Below are positions 29,223 through 38,975 of a DNA stretch of 43,084 nucleotides, piece by piece. Each line of letters starts with the position of its first letter. Within the stretch, counting starts at the first letter, position 1. The notes under the pieces are model-generated. The model saw only the letters and a list, made by a program, of their open reading frames with translations. It did no database searches and had not been told where the DNA came from. Source of the DNA: Candidatus Poribacteria bacterium (GTDB taxonomy: Bacteria; Poribacteria; WGA-4E; UBA9662); contig JAYZAL010000072.1 in NCBI GenBank assembly GCA_036339735.1, forward strand, positions 1 to 43,084. The letters run 5' to 3'. The translations under genes were made by a program, and so were the position numbers.

Positions 29223-30661
29223 ATCCCATACTCCCTGATTTTCCGAAAAATTGTCCGACGGGAGACCCCCAGCAATTCAGCAGCTCTCAATCGATTATTA
29301 TTAACAGATTCTAAGGTTGATTTAATCGCGGCCTTCTCGATGTTTGCCATTGTCATTCCAACATGTACATCAATTCGCTTACCCTTTTCAGGCTTCATGT
29401 TAGAACGGTCTTGTTCCACTTTGATAGATTTCATTTTGATTTGTTTTAAAATTGATTGTGGAACGGTTTCAATACTTAAATGTTCAGTTTCCGAAATTGC
29501 CACCATACCCTCGATTGTACTACGCAGCTCCCGAACATTACCTGGCCAGTTATAAGTCATAAGCGCATTCAAAGCTAGTGAACTTAAATTCTTAACTGGT
29601 TTGTTATAAGCTACACAAAACTCTTCTAAAAAAAAGTTAGCTAAAAGAGGTATATCATCCTTACGATTACGGAGTCGAATCATCTGAATTTGAATCGTTC
29701 TAAGTCTGTTATACAGATCAACCATAAATTTTCCTTCTGCAACCAAATCAGATAAATCCGATTCATTGGAACAAACTAGTCTTACGTCTAGTTTCTGTGC
29801 AAAGTTAGCATTATTACTAGTCTTGGATTCGACATTCTGATCCTGTTGGTTCAAACGATTTAACAAGATAGATTGATTTGATAGACTTAGCCTACCAATC
29901 TCACTTAGAAATAGTGTGCCGCCGTCAGCTGATTGGTAACGGCTGTGGTCGTTGTTTATTTGGAATGAAGAAGAAGATTTTTGCCAGCCTTTCTGAACAG
30001 TAAACAGATCTGAAGAAGCAAAAAGATGATCGACTAAATCGCAGTTAAAAACAACGAACTGGCCAGAGCGTAAACTGCGATGATGAATAGATCTCGCGAC
30101 TGTTTGACGTCCTGTCCCTCGCTTCCCTGTAATCAGTACTGGAGCACGAGATGTCGATATCTGAGAAACCAGTCGGCGTGCATTCTGTATGGAAACCGAA
30201 TTGCCCACCAAATTATATTTGTCAGTGTGTCCGTCTATTCTTAGTTTTAACTCTCTATTTTCGATCAGCAAACGACGAGTTGCTAAAATTTTTCGCAATA
30301 AATTTCTCAGATAGATTGGATTGACTGGTGTTGCTAACAAATGGCTATGTTCGTGAGCTAACAATTCCTTTCGGCTGGATTCTTGTGCTAAATAGGCCCG
30401 ATTAAGTTGAGCTGTAAGGAAAACTGCACCCACATCTGGGTTGGCTAACCGAGCTATCTCCAGCACTTTTAAACCATCCAATAAGCCAGTATGCAGCGGT
30501 GTGATCAGGGTATCAATTGGTATGCGTTCTACTCGTTCCAAAGCCGCTTGAAAATTACTTGACACAAGGACATCAAGCGATTCGTCGGCTAAAACAGAGC
30601 GTAGCTGCTCGATCTGACGTTGATTACTATTGACAATGAGTGCTACCGGTTGATCCTGCAT
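29219..30661 (-). CDS. Degenerate NtrC/Fis-family regulator (pseudo-receiver, AAA+-like domain, HTH)
   Basis: LVGNS, PVLITG, ADGGTLFL, YNWPGNVREL, Fis-type HTH AAELLGVSRRTIFRK; key motifs altered. Confidence 0.85.
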   Translation of the reverse strand: MQDQPVALIVNSNQRQIEQLRSVLADESLDVLVSSNFQAALERVERIPIDTLITPLHTGLLDGLKVLEIARLANPDVGAVFLTAQLNRAYLAQESSRKELLAHEHSHLLATPVNPIYLRNLLRKILATRRLLIENRELKLRIDGHTDKYNLVGNSVSIQNARRLVSQISTSRAPVLITGKRGTGRQTVARSIHHRSLRSGQFVVFNCDLVDHLFASSDLFTVQKGWQKSSSSFQINNDHSRYQSADGGTLFLSEIGRLSLSNQSILLNRLNQQDQNVESKTSNNANFAQKLDVRLVCSNESDLSDLVAEGKFMVDLYNRLRTIQIQMIRLRNRKDDIPLLANFFLEEFCVAYNKPVKNLSSLALNALMTYNWPGNVRELRSTIEGMVAISETEHLSIETVPQSILKQIKMKSIKVEQDRSNMKPEKGKRIDVHVGMTMANIEKAAIKSTLESVNNNRLRAAELLGVSRRTIFRKIREYGI

Positions 30662-30843
30662 CTGCTAAATGTAATTCAAATAGATCACTAAATTGTTAGT
30701 CAAGTTTATAACTTGTGTATTGTAAGTGTAATGAGCCCACGGGTCAAGAGAATAGGCCCAGTTGATGGACTTAGTGCCGCCCGTAAGGATATAATACAAG
30801 CTCATATTATTCAAGTAACTGATGCATTCTGAAGGAGAAAAAA

Positions 30844-31215
30844 ATGGAGTACAAGTTCCACCATATTCATATACGGTGCCAAGACTTAGAAGCAAGTATT
30901 GATTACTATAAGAAAATGTTCGACGGTGTGGTAATCGAACAGGTCGAGGTCCGTGGCATGACAATCGCCCGTATGAAAGTTGGAGGTGAAAATATCTTCT
31001 TGTCTCCCAAATTTGGCGAAGCTGAAGTTGAGCCGACGACTGGTAATCCGCGTTGGGGAGCTTATCAACTAGCTTTTAGTGTTAACGATTTGGAATCTGC
31101 AGTATCTGATTTAGAAAATAAGGGTGCCAAATTGGAAAATTTAAGACCGAATGGTTTACCTTTGGCGTTCTTTTCTGGCCCTGATGGAGTACAAATTGAA
31201 TTAGTTGGGAAGTAG
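30844..31215 (+). CDS. VOC/glyoxalase family protein
   Basis: FHHIHI...DLEASIDYY, LAFSVNDL, FFSGPDGVQIEL; GAAGGAG RBS. Confidence 0.9.
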   Translation: MEYKFHHIHIRCQDLEASIDYYKKMFDGVVIEQVEVRGMTIARMKVGGENIFLSPKFGEAEVEPTTGNPRWGAYQLAFSVNDLESAVSDLENKGAKLENLRPNGLPLAFFSGPDGVQIELVGK

Positions 31216-31273
31216 GCGAGTGAACAATGTCGACAAACGAATTATTCTTTTTGTTTTTTGTTCATAATCCTAA

Positions 31274-32335
31274 TTATTTGTCTAGCTCTAGCCAAGGAAT
31301 ATCAACATCGAGTTGTATTGCAACTTCAGATAAAGCTTTTAGGTGATCAATATGCAAGGGTATGCCCTCTTTAATCGACTTTTTGCGATTATTCCACTCT
31401 ATTTCTCCTGGCAAAAAAACTTGATCCTTGTCAGGAGCTGTTTTGGATTTCTGAATACTATCAATTCCGTTCTCGATTTCAGAAACATACTCATCGTAGT
31501 CAGTGAAACTCCCGACATTAATAGCAATAAAAAAATGCTCTGAGGGATTTTTATCCCCACTTTCCTTGTGACAGGCTAGCAAGCCACCGACTAGTGGTCC
31601 AGCTAAAGTTCCCATAGCCAACGCTAAACCATATCCTCTGGCACCAGCGGCTGGAGCTAACATCTTTCCCGTATCACTTGGCCCAGTAACAGGTAGGCCT
31701 TCACTGTCAAGTAGCCAACCAGGGGGAATCGGTTCACCATACATGCGTAAGGTTTCAACTTTTCCCCAGGATGCCACAGCACATGCCATGTCTAGCAGGA
31801 TTGGTTGTTTAGAACCGGCGGGAAAACCATAACTCAAGGCGTTGTTGGCGACTACAGGTTCAGCCCCACTTGGCGCGGCAACTGACGCTCCACCAGTATT
31901 AGTTGTGGCGAAACCAATCATCTTCTGTTCTACTGCCATCATAGTGTAACAGGCTGCGGCCCCGTAGTGTCCTGAATTTCGAACACCAGTAGCTGCAATA
32001 CCGGTCTTCTTAGCTTTTTCAATCGCCTTACTCATTCCCTGTACACAAGAAGGATGCCCAATTCCATTTCCACCATCGATCACGGTATAACTGGGACCTT
32101 CTTCCACAATTTTGATTTCGGGATTCGCATTCAAACCACCATTAAAAATCGATCGTAAATATCGAGGTAAGGCGCGTGTGCCATGAGAATGTACACCTCT
32201 CAGGTCAGTTTCTACCTGAAGGTCAGCAATCAATTGAGCATGATCCATTGGTATGCCTGCTTTAATACAAAGCTCGCGAGCTAACTCTTTCAGTGGACCG
32301 GATTGGACAACGATTTCTTGTTCGGACAAACTCAT
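31274..32335 (-). CDS. Ldh_2 (malate/L-lactate/sulfolactate dehydrogenase family) oxidoreductase
   Basis: DLRGVHSHG, DGGNGIG, RNSGHYGAA, LLDMA, RGYGL, LPGE. Confidence 0.9.
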   Translation of the reverse strand: MSLSEQEIVVQSGPLKELARELCIKAGIPMDHAQLIADLQVETDLRGVHSHGTRALPRYLRSIFNGGLNANPEIKIVEEGPSYTVIDGGNGIGHPSCVQGMSKAIEKAKKTGIAATGVRNSGHYGAAACYTMMAVEQKMIGFATTNTGGASVAAPSGAEPVVANNALSYGFPAGSKQPILLDMACAVASWGKVETLRMYGEPIPPGWLLDSEGLPVTGPSDTGKMLAPAAGARGYGLALAMGTLAGPLVGGLLACHKESGDKNPSEHFFIAINVGSFTDYDEYVSEIENGIDSIQKSKTAPDKDQVFLPGEIEWNNRKKSIKEGIPLHIDHLKALSEVAIQLDVDIPWLELDK

Positions 32336-32405
32336 AGAGGACTTCTCCTATTATGAATCATAGATTTATAATGTGCAGGTTGTTTGTGTAAATACAGACC
32401 ATAAA

Positions 32406-32765
32406 TTAGGCATTATCATGTTCAGTATCAATCCGACCATCAGGACGTGCATGATCATCAGCCAAGCGGACAACATCATCCACCTGTGGTGTAGACACTT
32501 CATGCAAGATCAAGTCGGTTTTTGCTACCATTCGGTGAACAGTCGGTGGAGTAACAGTGAAATAGTCTCCCGCAACAACAGTTTTCCATTCATCGTCAAG
32601 TAAAACCTCAGCTCTACCTGCTGCCACATAGATAGTCTCTAGTTTATGATGATGATACTGTAAGCTAGTTCGTTGTCCTGCATTTATTAGTAAGCGTTTG
32701 AAGCAATAGCTATCATTGAGTTCTAACCATTCTTCTCTGCCCCAAGGCTTTTCGACAATTTTCAT
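32406..32765 (-). CDS. Cupin domain protein (mannose-6-phosphate isomerase type II C-terminal-like)
   Basis: EKPWGRE, SLQYHHHKLET, VHR, EVSTP..DDVVRL.D. Confidence 0.85.
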   Translation of the reverse strand: MKIVEKPWGREEWLELNDSYCFKRLLINAGQRTSLQYHHHKLETIYVAAGRAEVLLDDEWKTVVAGDYFTVTPPTVHRMVAKTDLILHEVSTPQVDDVVRLADDHARPDGRIDTEHDNA

Positions 32766-32812
32766 ACACTTTCCTTTAAAACAAAATACAATTAATTCTG
32801 CGATCTAAGATT

Positions 32813-33184
32813 CTACTTCAATAATAAATCAGTTTGGTCTTGACGTAGATGATGGATTAGCAACGAGAGATTAGGGGTGTTAGGCTCAAGGTGAAGTACC
32901 ATTTCTGCTGCACTAATCGCCTCCGATATATAGCCCATTTTATAGCATGTCCAGCCCAAAGCTGCATAAGCAACAGCCGAGTTTGGACTGTTCAACACTG
33001 CACTTCGTAGATATGGTAAAGCCTGATCATACAAATCTTGATTCAAAAAATAAAGTCCAGAATCGAGGTCAGAAATAGAATGGTGAGTGGTCATGAGGGG
33101 TTCGGCTTTTCCTCCGCAGCTGATAAACAGACCACTCACAACTGTCAGAAGCAAGAGAAGAAAAGAAAAAAAACTACTCGTCAT
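32813..33184 (-). CDS. Small TPR lipoprotein
   Basis: Hydrophobic signal with FISCGG; TPR-like PNSAVAYAALG...LEPN. Confidence 0.7.
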   Translation of the reverse strand: MTSSFFSFLLLLLTVVSGLFISCGGKAEPLMTTHHSISDLDSGLYFLNQDLYDQALPYLRSAVLNSPNSAVAYAALGWTCYKMGYISEAISAAEMVLHLEPNTPNLSLLIHHLRQDQTDLLLK

Positions 33185-33204
33185 CTTTGCATAGATCGGT
33201 ATTG

Positions 33205-35136
33205 CTATTTAGCTCTTAGCTTCCTGTAATTTCCATCTCGAACGGTAATACCCTGTCGGTCGCAATATTCCAGAAAGGGTACGGCATATTTACGGCTAGT
33301 TTGGACTAACTCCCTAAATTCAGCCACAGTCAATGTCTGATTCTTTTCTAAATATTCTTTGATCAGAAATCTAATCTGATCAAAGATCGAACAATGGATA
33401 AATATTCCATCTTCAATTTTGATCAACTGACCTAGATTAACTAACGCAGAAAATGTCTCCCTAACTGAGGATTCAGTATAGTCGTAGTTCGTCAAATACA
33501 TGACAGTATCTGATAAACTCGGACTATTGATACCAGACCGTTGAAACAAATCTTCAATTTCATTTTTAATGGCAGCTTTATCGCCATGAAACGCAATTTG
33601 ATGAGCAAAAAGACGTAATTGATTGCCAACTTTTTCTACTTTCTTCTGATTGACCATTCTTTGAATTAGCTTATCAAAAATCGATTCACTTAAACATAAT
33701 TTCTCTCTAGCTTGGGCGATATTTAGACCGATGTCTAAAGGCTTATTCTGGTGGTAATCATTGAGTAACTGCTCAAGTTTGAGCTCTATTGATTTGACCC
33801 GATTACTCGAAGATATTTCGGTCGGCTTTCCGAGCCACTGAACAATGTCACCGGACTGAATCAAATCAGATATCCAACTAGTTAATAGTTTTTCTGAAAT
33901 AGAGCAGTAATAGTGAAGGAAATCAACAGGAATCGAAAAATGGTCATCCAATATCAACTGTAAAACGTCAAGATCTGATTGAGCTTGAGCCCACCGTTCT
34001 AACCTATCAATTGTATCTTCACTCATGCGTTTATGTCGATCCGCAAACGGATTTAGCACTCTCCCACCACCAACAGTATGTTCAGCAGAAGAATCTCTCA
34101 AGATAAAACGGTCGTCTCTAAATGTCAAAATTGGCTTATCTAATCGTAGCTGCATCGGGGCTGTATCACCAGGCAAAACTGCGTCTTCGACTAACATAAT
34201 CGCTCGGCAGAACACTTCGCAAGTACCAATGTAAAACCTCAAAGGAACCCAGTGTTCCAACATTCGAGGAAACGAATCGAGAATTTGAACCTGTACGTCT
34301 ATATTGTTAGTAGTGAGAGAAAATTTGAGAGGGCATAGCACCGAACCCCTTGGTACCTGACCGAGGGACGTTCCAGATAGATTCAGGGCGGTACGTTGAC
34401 CATCCATAGCTGTTTGGACGTTATTTCCGTGTACTTGAATACCACGTACTCGAACTTCATCACCTGCAGGTAACACCTGTAATCGCTGTTCACGATGAAT
34501 TACCCCACCAATTAACGTACCAGTAGTAACAACTCCAAATCCTTTTTGGCTAAATGCACGATCTACATAGAGGCGGCCCCTACCACTCTGCGAAGACTGG
34601 ATAGGAACTGATGCTGTTGGTAATTTTTCACAAATGATTTTCTTTAGTTGATTAATACCTTCGCCCGTTATAGATGAGACAGTTGCAGTCGGAATATTGG
34701 CTAGGCTTGTTTCATGTAATAATTCTTTTGTAAGTTCCATAGTCTCTTGCAACTGATCCATCGAAACCAAATCAATCTTTGTAATTACTAATATGCCATT
34801 TGAAATTCCTAACAAGTCGATGATTTCCAAATGCTCGATGGTTTGTTCTTGCATTCCTTCTTTGGCATCTACAACTAGTAGAACCATGTCCATTCCATAA
34901 GCACCTGAAAGCATACTACGTATGAATTTTTCGTGTCCTGGAACATCTATGATCCCAGCCCTAGATCCATCCGGCAGATCAAAATAGGCAAAACCGAGCT
35001 CAATTGATAAACCTCGTTCCTTTTCCTCTTTCAATCGGTCGGTCTCAATACCTGTCAATGCATGGATCAACGCACTTTTACCGTGGTCAACGTGACCGGC
35101 TGTGCCTATAATCGTATGTTTGGTCGCTTCCATCAT
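33205..35136 (-). CDS. selB: Selenocysteine-specific elongation factor
   Basis: [37 protein letters not shown]-terminal winged helix [13 protein letters not shown]. Confidence 0.97.
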   Translation of the reverse strand: MMEATKHTIIGTAGHVDHGKSALIHALTGIETDRLKEEKERGLSIELGFAYFDLPDGSRAGIIDVPGHEKFIRSMLSGAYGMDMVLLVVDAKEGMQEQTIEHLEIIDLLGISNGILVITKIDLVSMDQLQETMELTKELLHETSLANIPTATVSSITGEGINQLKKIICEKLPTASVPIQSSQSGRGRLYVDRAFSQKGFGVVTTGTLIGGVIHREQRLQVLPAGDEVRVRGIQVHGNNVQTAMDGQRTALNLSGTSLGQVPRGSVLCPLKFSLTTNNIDVQVQILDSFPRMLEHWVPLRFYIGTCEVFCRAIMLVEDAVLPGDTAPMQLRLDKPILTFRDDRFILRDSSAEHTVGGGRVLNPFADRHKRMSEDTIDRLERWAQAQSDLDVLQLILDDHFSIPVDFLHYYCSISEKLLTSWISDLIQSGDIVQWLGKPTEISSSNRVKSIELKLEQLLNDYHQNKPLDIGLNIAQAREKLCLSESIFDKLIQRMVNQKKVEKVGNQLRLFAHQIAFHGDKAAIKNEIEDLFQRSGINSPSLSDTVMYLTNYDYTESSVRETFSALVNLGQLIKIEDGIFIHCSIFDQIRFLIKEYLEKNQTLTVAEFRELVQTSRKYAVPFLEYCDRQGITVRDGNYRKLRAK

Positions 35137-35362
35137 CCTAATCCATCCAACGTTCTTTAGGCTACCATATAATCAATTTCGTGGGCAATAGTTGAAACGA
35201 AGATAAATGAATAATGAAGTGAGAGTGCTTTGAATAATGACTGCTTGTTTCTTTGCCTTTACATGTTGATACTTCTTCTTATAGAATGAGTCGTTTCTTA
35301 TTTTTCCGTAAGTCAACCGTATGTAGAATTTTGATAATTTAGTACTCTAGGAGAAATTACAC

Positions 35363-36151
35363 GTGAGACCCAATAGACTAAGGCAGTTACTCAAAACAGA
35401 TCGTCCCAGTATCGGTACTCACATCCATGCTACCTGGCCATCGATGATGGAAGTGATCGGACATACTGGTGTTTACGATTATGTCGAGTTTGTAGCAGAA
35501 TACGGTCCTTTTGATCTTCATGATTTGGACAACTTATGTCGAGCTGCAGAACTCCATAACTTATCTAGTATGATAAAAGTAGACCAAGAACCTCGTGGGT
35601 TTATAGCTCAACGCGCTATTGGATCAGGATTCCAAAGTGTATTGTTTGCAGATTGTCGTACCGTTGATGAGGTGAAGGAGTGTGTTCGTATTACGCGTGC
35701 TGATACTCCAGAAGATAATGGCACTTACGGAGTTGCGACTCGCCGATTCTCCTATATGGGTTATGGTGGTGGTACAGACTACGTTCAAGCTCTGAGAGAA
35801 GTCGTCGTAGTGATCATGATAGAGAAATCAGGTACTGTCGATAATTTAGAAGAGGTATTATCAATTGAAGGGGTGGATATGATTCAGTGGGGTGGGGCTG
35901 ACTATTCAATGAGTATCGGGAAAGCCGGTCAGCGTGGAGATAAGTCAATCCGAGATGCAGAAAAACGTGTTTTTGAAACAGCCATTGCTATGGGGGTTCC
36001 ACCACGAGCGGAAATTGGTAGCCCAGAACAAGCTAAGTACTATATTGATTTAGGTGTCAAGCACTTCTGTATCGGTACTGATGTGCATATTCTATATAGT
36101 TGGTGGAAGAATAATGGCGATGAGTTACGAAAAGTAGTTGAAAGTGCCTAA
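35363..36151 (+). CDS. HpcH/HpaI-family class II aldolase
   Basis: YDYVEFVAEY, VIMIE, IEGVDMIQWGGADYSMSIG; AGGAG RBS and GTG start. Confidence 0.85.
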   Translation: MRPNRLRQLLKTDRPSIGTHIHATWPSMMEVIGHTGVYDYVEFVAEYGPFDLHDLDNLCRAAELHNLSSMIKVDQEPRGFIAQRAIGSGFQSVLFADCRTVDEVKECVRITRADTPEDNGTYGVATRRFSYMGYGGGTDYVQALREVVVVIMIEKSGTVDNLEEVLSIEGVDMIQWGGADYSMSIGKAGQRGDKSIRDAEKRVFETAIAMGVPPRAEIGSPEQAKYYIDLGVKHFCIGTDVHILYSWWKNNGDELRKVVESA

Positions 36152-36181
36152 CCTAATCATCCGTTCATTTAGAATAAAAAT

Positions 36182-36532
36182 ATGAAACAACTAAAAGCAA
36201 GTGTCGAGGCCGAAATCAAAGCTGGTCGAATCGGAACCCCTGTTTTTTTGAGATGTTTTTATCAAGTCAATCATCAGTTCACAGATCGAGGTGCAATCGA
36301 TACCCTAATCAATTTGGCCAATAGTTGGATGAATTCAGAAATAGAACGTAGCTACTTTCAAGAGGATGATTGTCAGACCACAGTCTTACTGCAATTTGCT
36401 GATGGTGAATCAGCACTTCTATCTGCCAATTATTTGACTGACGACGTTCAAAAACCAATCATTGATCTGCACATGATTGGTAGTCGGGGGACTATATACC
36501 ACCAAGGCACATTGGAGCATGAATATGTCTAG
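36182..36532 (+). CDS. Small protein resembling a stand-alone Gfo/Idh/MocA C-terminal domain
   Basis: IKAGRIGTPVFLR, LLQFADGESA, LHMIGSRGTI; overlaps the start of the next gene. Confidence 0.6.
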   Translation: MKQLKASVEAEIKAGRIGTPVFLRCFYQVNHQFTDRGAIDTLINLANSWMNSEIERSYFQEDDCQTTVLLQFADGESALLSANYLTDDVQKPIIDLHMIGSRGTIYHQGTLEHEYV

Positions 36533-37658
36533 TAAGGTCTATGGTGTATTACTCGTTGGCGGGATGCGCTCGCACCAAGAAAACTATGCACGTCAATTTC
36601 AATCTGATCCGCGATGTAGACTGATTGCAGTAGCAGATCAAGAAAATGCTCCAGTTGAACGTATCAAGTTGAATCAAGCATTAGCTGATGAACTCGATTT
36701 GCCTTACCAAAATTTGGAAATTGCGCTAGAGAGAACAGATGTTGATATTGTTTCCTTATGTCCAGAAGTCGAGCGAAGAGCAGAAGTTTCTGTCCTCTGT
36801 GCTAAGGCAGGAAAGCATCTATATTTGGATAAACCTTTAGCTTTAAACTCATCATCAGCAGGCAAGATTGTCTCCGCCGTACATAAATCAGGTGTCAAAG
36901 CTCAGATGTTTAGTAATGTACATTGTAATTGGGCGAAAGATGCTAAGACTACCTTGGAAGAGGGAAAAATTGGCCGACTTCGAGCAATCCACTGTGACAT
37001 AACTTTTGCCAAAGGACACATAGGGTCGGTGAAACAACAAAGAAGGATTGACAGTGGGAAGCGTCCCCGTTATACATTTGCCGAAGCCAAGCCAGAACTA
37101 TTCGATATTGGTGTTTATGCAGTGTCAGTAATTAATTGGATTACAAATCAACCAGTCAAAAGTCTGGTTGCTATAACCGGCAACTACTTTTTTAAAGAAC
37201 ATCTGGCTCATGATGTTGAAGATTTTGGTTCAATCATTATGGAATTAGCTGATGGTACAACAGCTACGATTAGTAGTGGTCGTTTTGGGTGGACTAGTCA
37301 CCCACTCGGTGGTATCCAAAAAATCAAATTGGTGGGAAATACAGGAATTGTTGATTTCGATGCTAACCAACCAAGATTAGAAGTCCATGCTGCTGAACCA
37401 TCTTTTCAACCTCCGGTGCCTCATCCTCTGGATCCGATGGGAATGTGGAGCAGCACAACTAATGGTATCATGCCGAAAAATAAGTGGAAACCAATTTCTG
37501 GCCAGAATTGGATTGAAGAAGAATTTCGCTCCTTTATTGACGCAATTGATATTGGAACACCGATCGAGATGACTGTTGAGCTAGCTGCTCAATCGGTTGA
37601 GGTGATTACGGCTGCTTACCATTCGGCAGCCAGTGGTCAAAAAATTAACTTGACTTGA
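36525..37658 (+). CDS. Gfo/Idh/MocA family oxidoreductase
   Basis: AGKHLYLDKPLA, GKIGRLRAI, DVEDFG; start ATG at 36525 after GGAG. Confidence 0.88.
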   Translation: MSSKVYGVLLVGGMRSHQENYARQFQSDPRCRLIAVADQENAPVERIKLNQALADELDLPYQNLEIALERTDVDIVSLCPEVERRAEVSVLCAKAGKHLYLDKPLALNSSSAGKIVSAVHKSGVKAQMFSNVHCNWAKDAKTTLEEGKIGRLRAIHCDITFAKGHIGSVKQQRRIDSGKRPRYTFAEAKPELFDIGVYAVSVINWITNQPVKSLVAITGNYFFKEHLAHDVEDFGSIIMELADGTTATISSGRFGWTSHPLGGIQKIKLVGNTGIVDFDANQPRLEVHAAEPSFQPPVPHPLDPMGMWSSTTNGIMPKNKWKPISGQNWIEEEFRSFIDAIDIGTPIEMTVELAAQSVEVITAAYHSAASGQKINLT

Positions 37659-37664
37659 GAGACG

Positions 37665-38948
37665 ATGGGAATATGGAAGCATTGTAGTCGCGTCTACAAG
37701 CAAATTAAGTATTGTTTACGTCAACCCAATTTCTCATGGATTGATTTTTTTCGTTTGTGCCAACGCAATAGGTATTGGTTTTGGCATCCACAAAGATGGC
37801 TAAAAACAGTTGGAATCACTGGCACAAATGGGAAAACAACAGTCGCACATTTTTTGTCGCAAATTCTTAAAAATTCTGGACACACGGTTGGCCAACTTGG
37901 TACTCATAACCATTACATTGGGGATCTATGTTTACCAAGTGCACTGACCACACCTAATTCAGTTACCATCCACCATTTATTGTCCTATATGGTTAGTGAA
38001 AATGCCTCACATCTAGTCATGGAGGCATCATCTCACGGATTAGCACAAGATCGGTTGCGCGACTTGACTTTTTTGGTGGCGGTTTTCACGAATTTAAGCC
38101 AAGACCACCTAGATTATCATGAGAATATGGAAGACTACCTGTTAGCGAAAATTCGACTATTCCATTTGGTACGAGATGATGGTTTGATTCTAGTCAACAC
38201 CGATGATGCGCGAGCCGATACTATTTTATGCCATGCACGTCGGAGGTTAAATCGACAAGTTCGAACTTTTGGCTTGAGTTCATTAGCAGACTTGAGGGCA
38301 ATAGGAATAAAATCAACACTTAATGGTACTTCTTTTGAAGCTGTTACACCAGACCAAAGTTTTGCTGTAGAAATACAACTTCCGGGGCAACATAATGTTT
38401 CAAATGCTCTAGCAGCCTTGGGAGCAGCCCAATTTTTGGGTCTGAGTAATAATATGATACAAAAAGGTCTAAAACAGACCGTGGTAGCAGGACGATTTGA
38501 ATCTGTTGGGAATGAAGTCAAGCCTGTAATAGTTGATTTTGCCCATTCACCCAAGGCTCTGGAGTGTTTACTCAAAACAGCTAGACAATTTGCTCAAAAT
38601 CGACTAATCTGTGTAGCCAGTTGCAATGGAGACCGAGACCGAAGTAAACGACCTTTAATGGGCCAAATTGCGACGTCTTTGTCTGATCATGCTATATTAA
38701 CCAGTGGAAGCCCAAGATCGGAAAGAGCTGAGCACATTTTGGCTGATATGCAGATGGATTTAGAGCTTAATCGATCGTATCAGGTAACACCTGATCGACG
38801 ACTGGCTATAGAAATAGCTCTGGACATGGCAACTGATCAAGATTTAGTCGTTATTGCAGGACGTGGGTGTGAAGCCTTTATAGAAATTGGGGCCAACACA
38901 ATACCGTTTGATGACCGAGATGTCGTTCGTTCCTTTCTGACGGAATAA
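37665..38948 (+). CDS. MurE-like Mur ligase (atypical)
   Basis: GITGTNGKTT, LTTP, MEASSHGL.Q.R, FTNLSQDHLDYH, GRFE, GDRDRSKRP, FDDR. Confidence 0.85.
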   Translation: MGIWKHCSRVYKQIKYCLRQPNFSWIDFFRLCQRNRYWFWHPQRWLKTVGITGTNGKTTVAHFLSQILKNSGHTVGQLGTHNHYIGDLCLPSALTTPNSVTIHHLLSYMVSENASHLVMEASSHGLAQDRLRDLTFLVAVFTNLSQDHLDYHENMEDYLLAKIRLFHLVRDDGLILVNTDDARADTILCHARRRLNRQVRTFGLSSLADLRAIGIKSTLNGTSFEAVTPDQSFAVEIQLPGQHNVSNALAALGAAQFLGLSNNMIQKGLKQTVVAGRFESVGNEVKPVIVDFAHSPKALECLLKTARQFAQNRLICVASCNGDRDRSKRPLMGQIATSLSDHAILTSGSPRSERAEHILADMQMDLELNRSYQVTPDRRLAIEIALDMATDQDLVVIAGRGCEAFIEIGANTIPFDDRDVVRSFLTE

Positions 38949-38975
38949 ATGAAGCAGAGAATCGATCATCATCCA

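Noticed and set aside
30665-30964. 99-aa minus-strand ORF
   Set aside because: Overlaps the VOC gene and its promoter region; the translation is not protein-like
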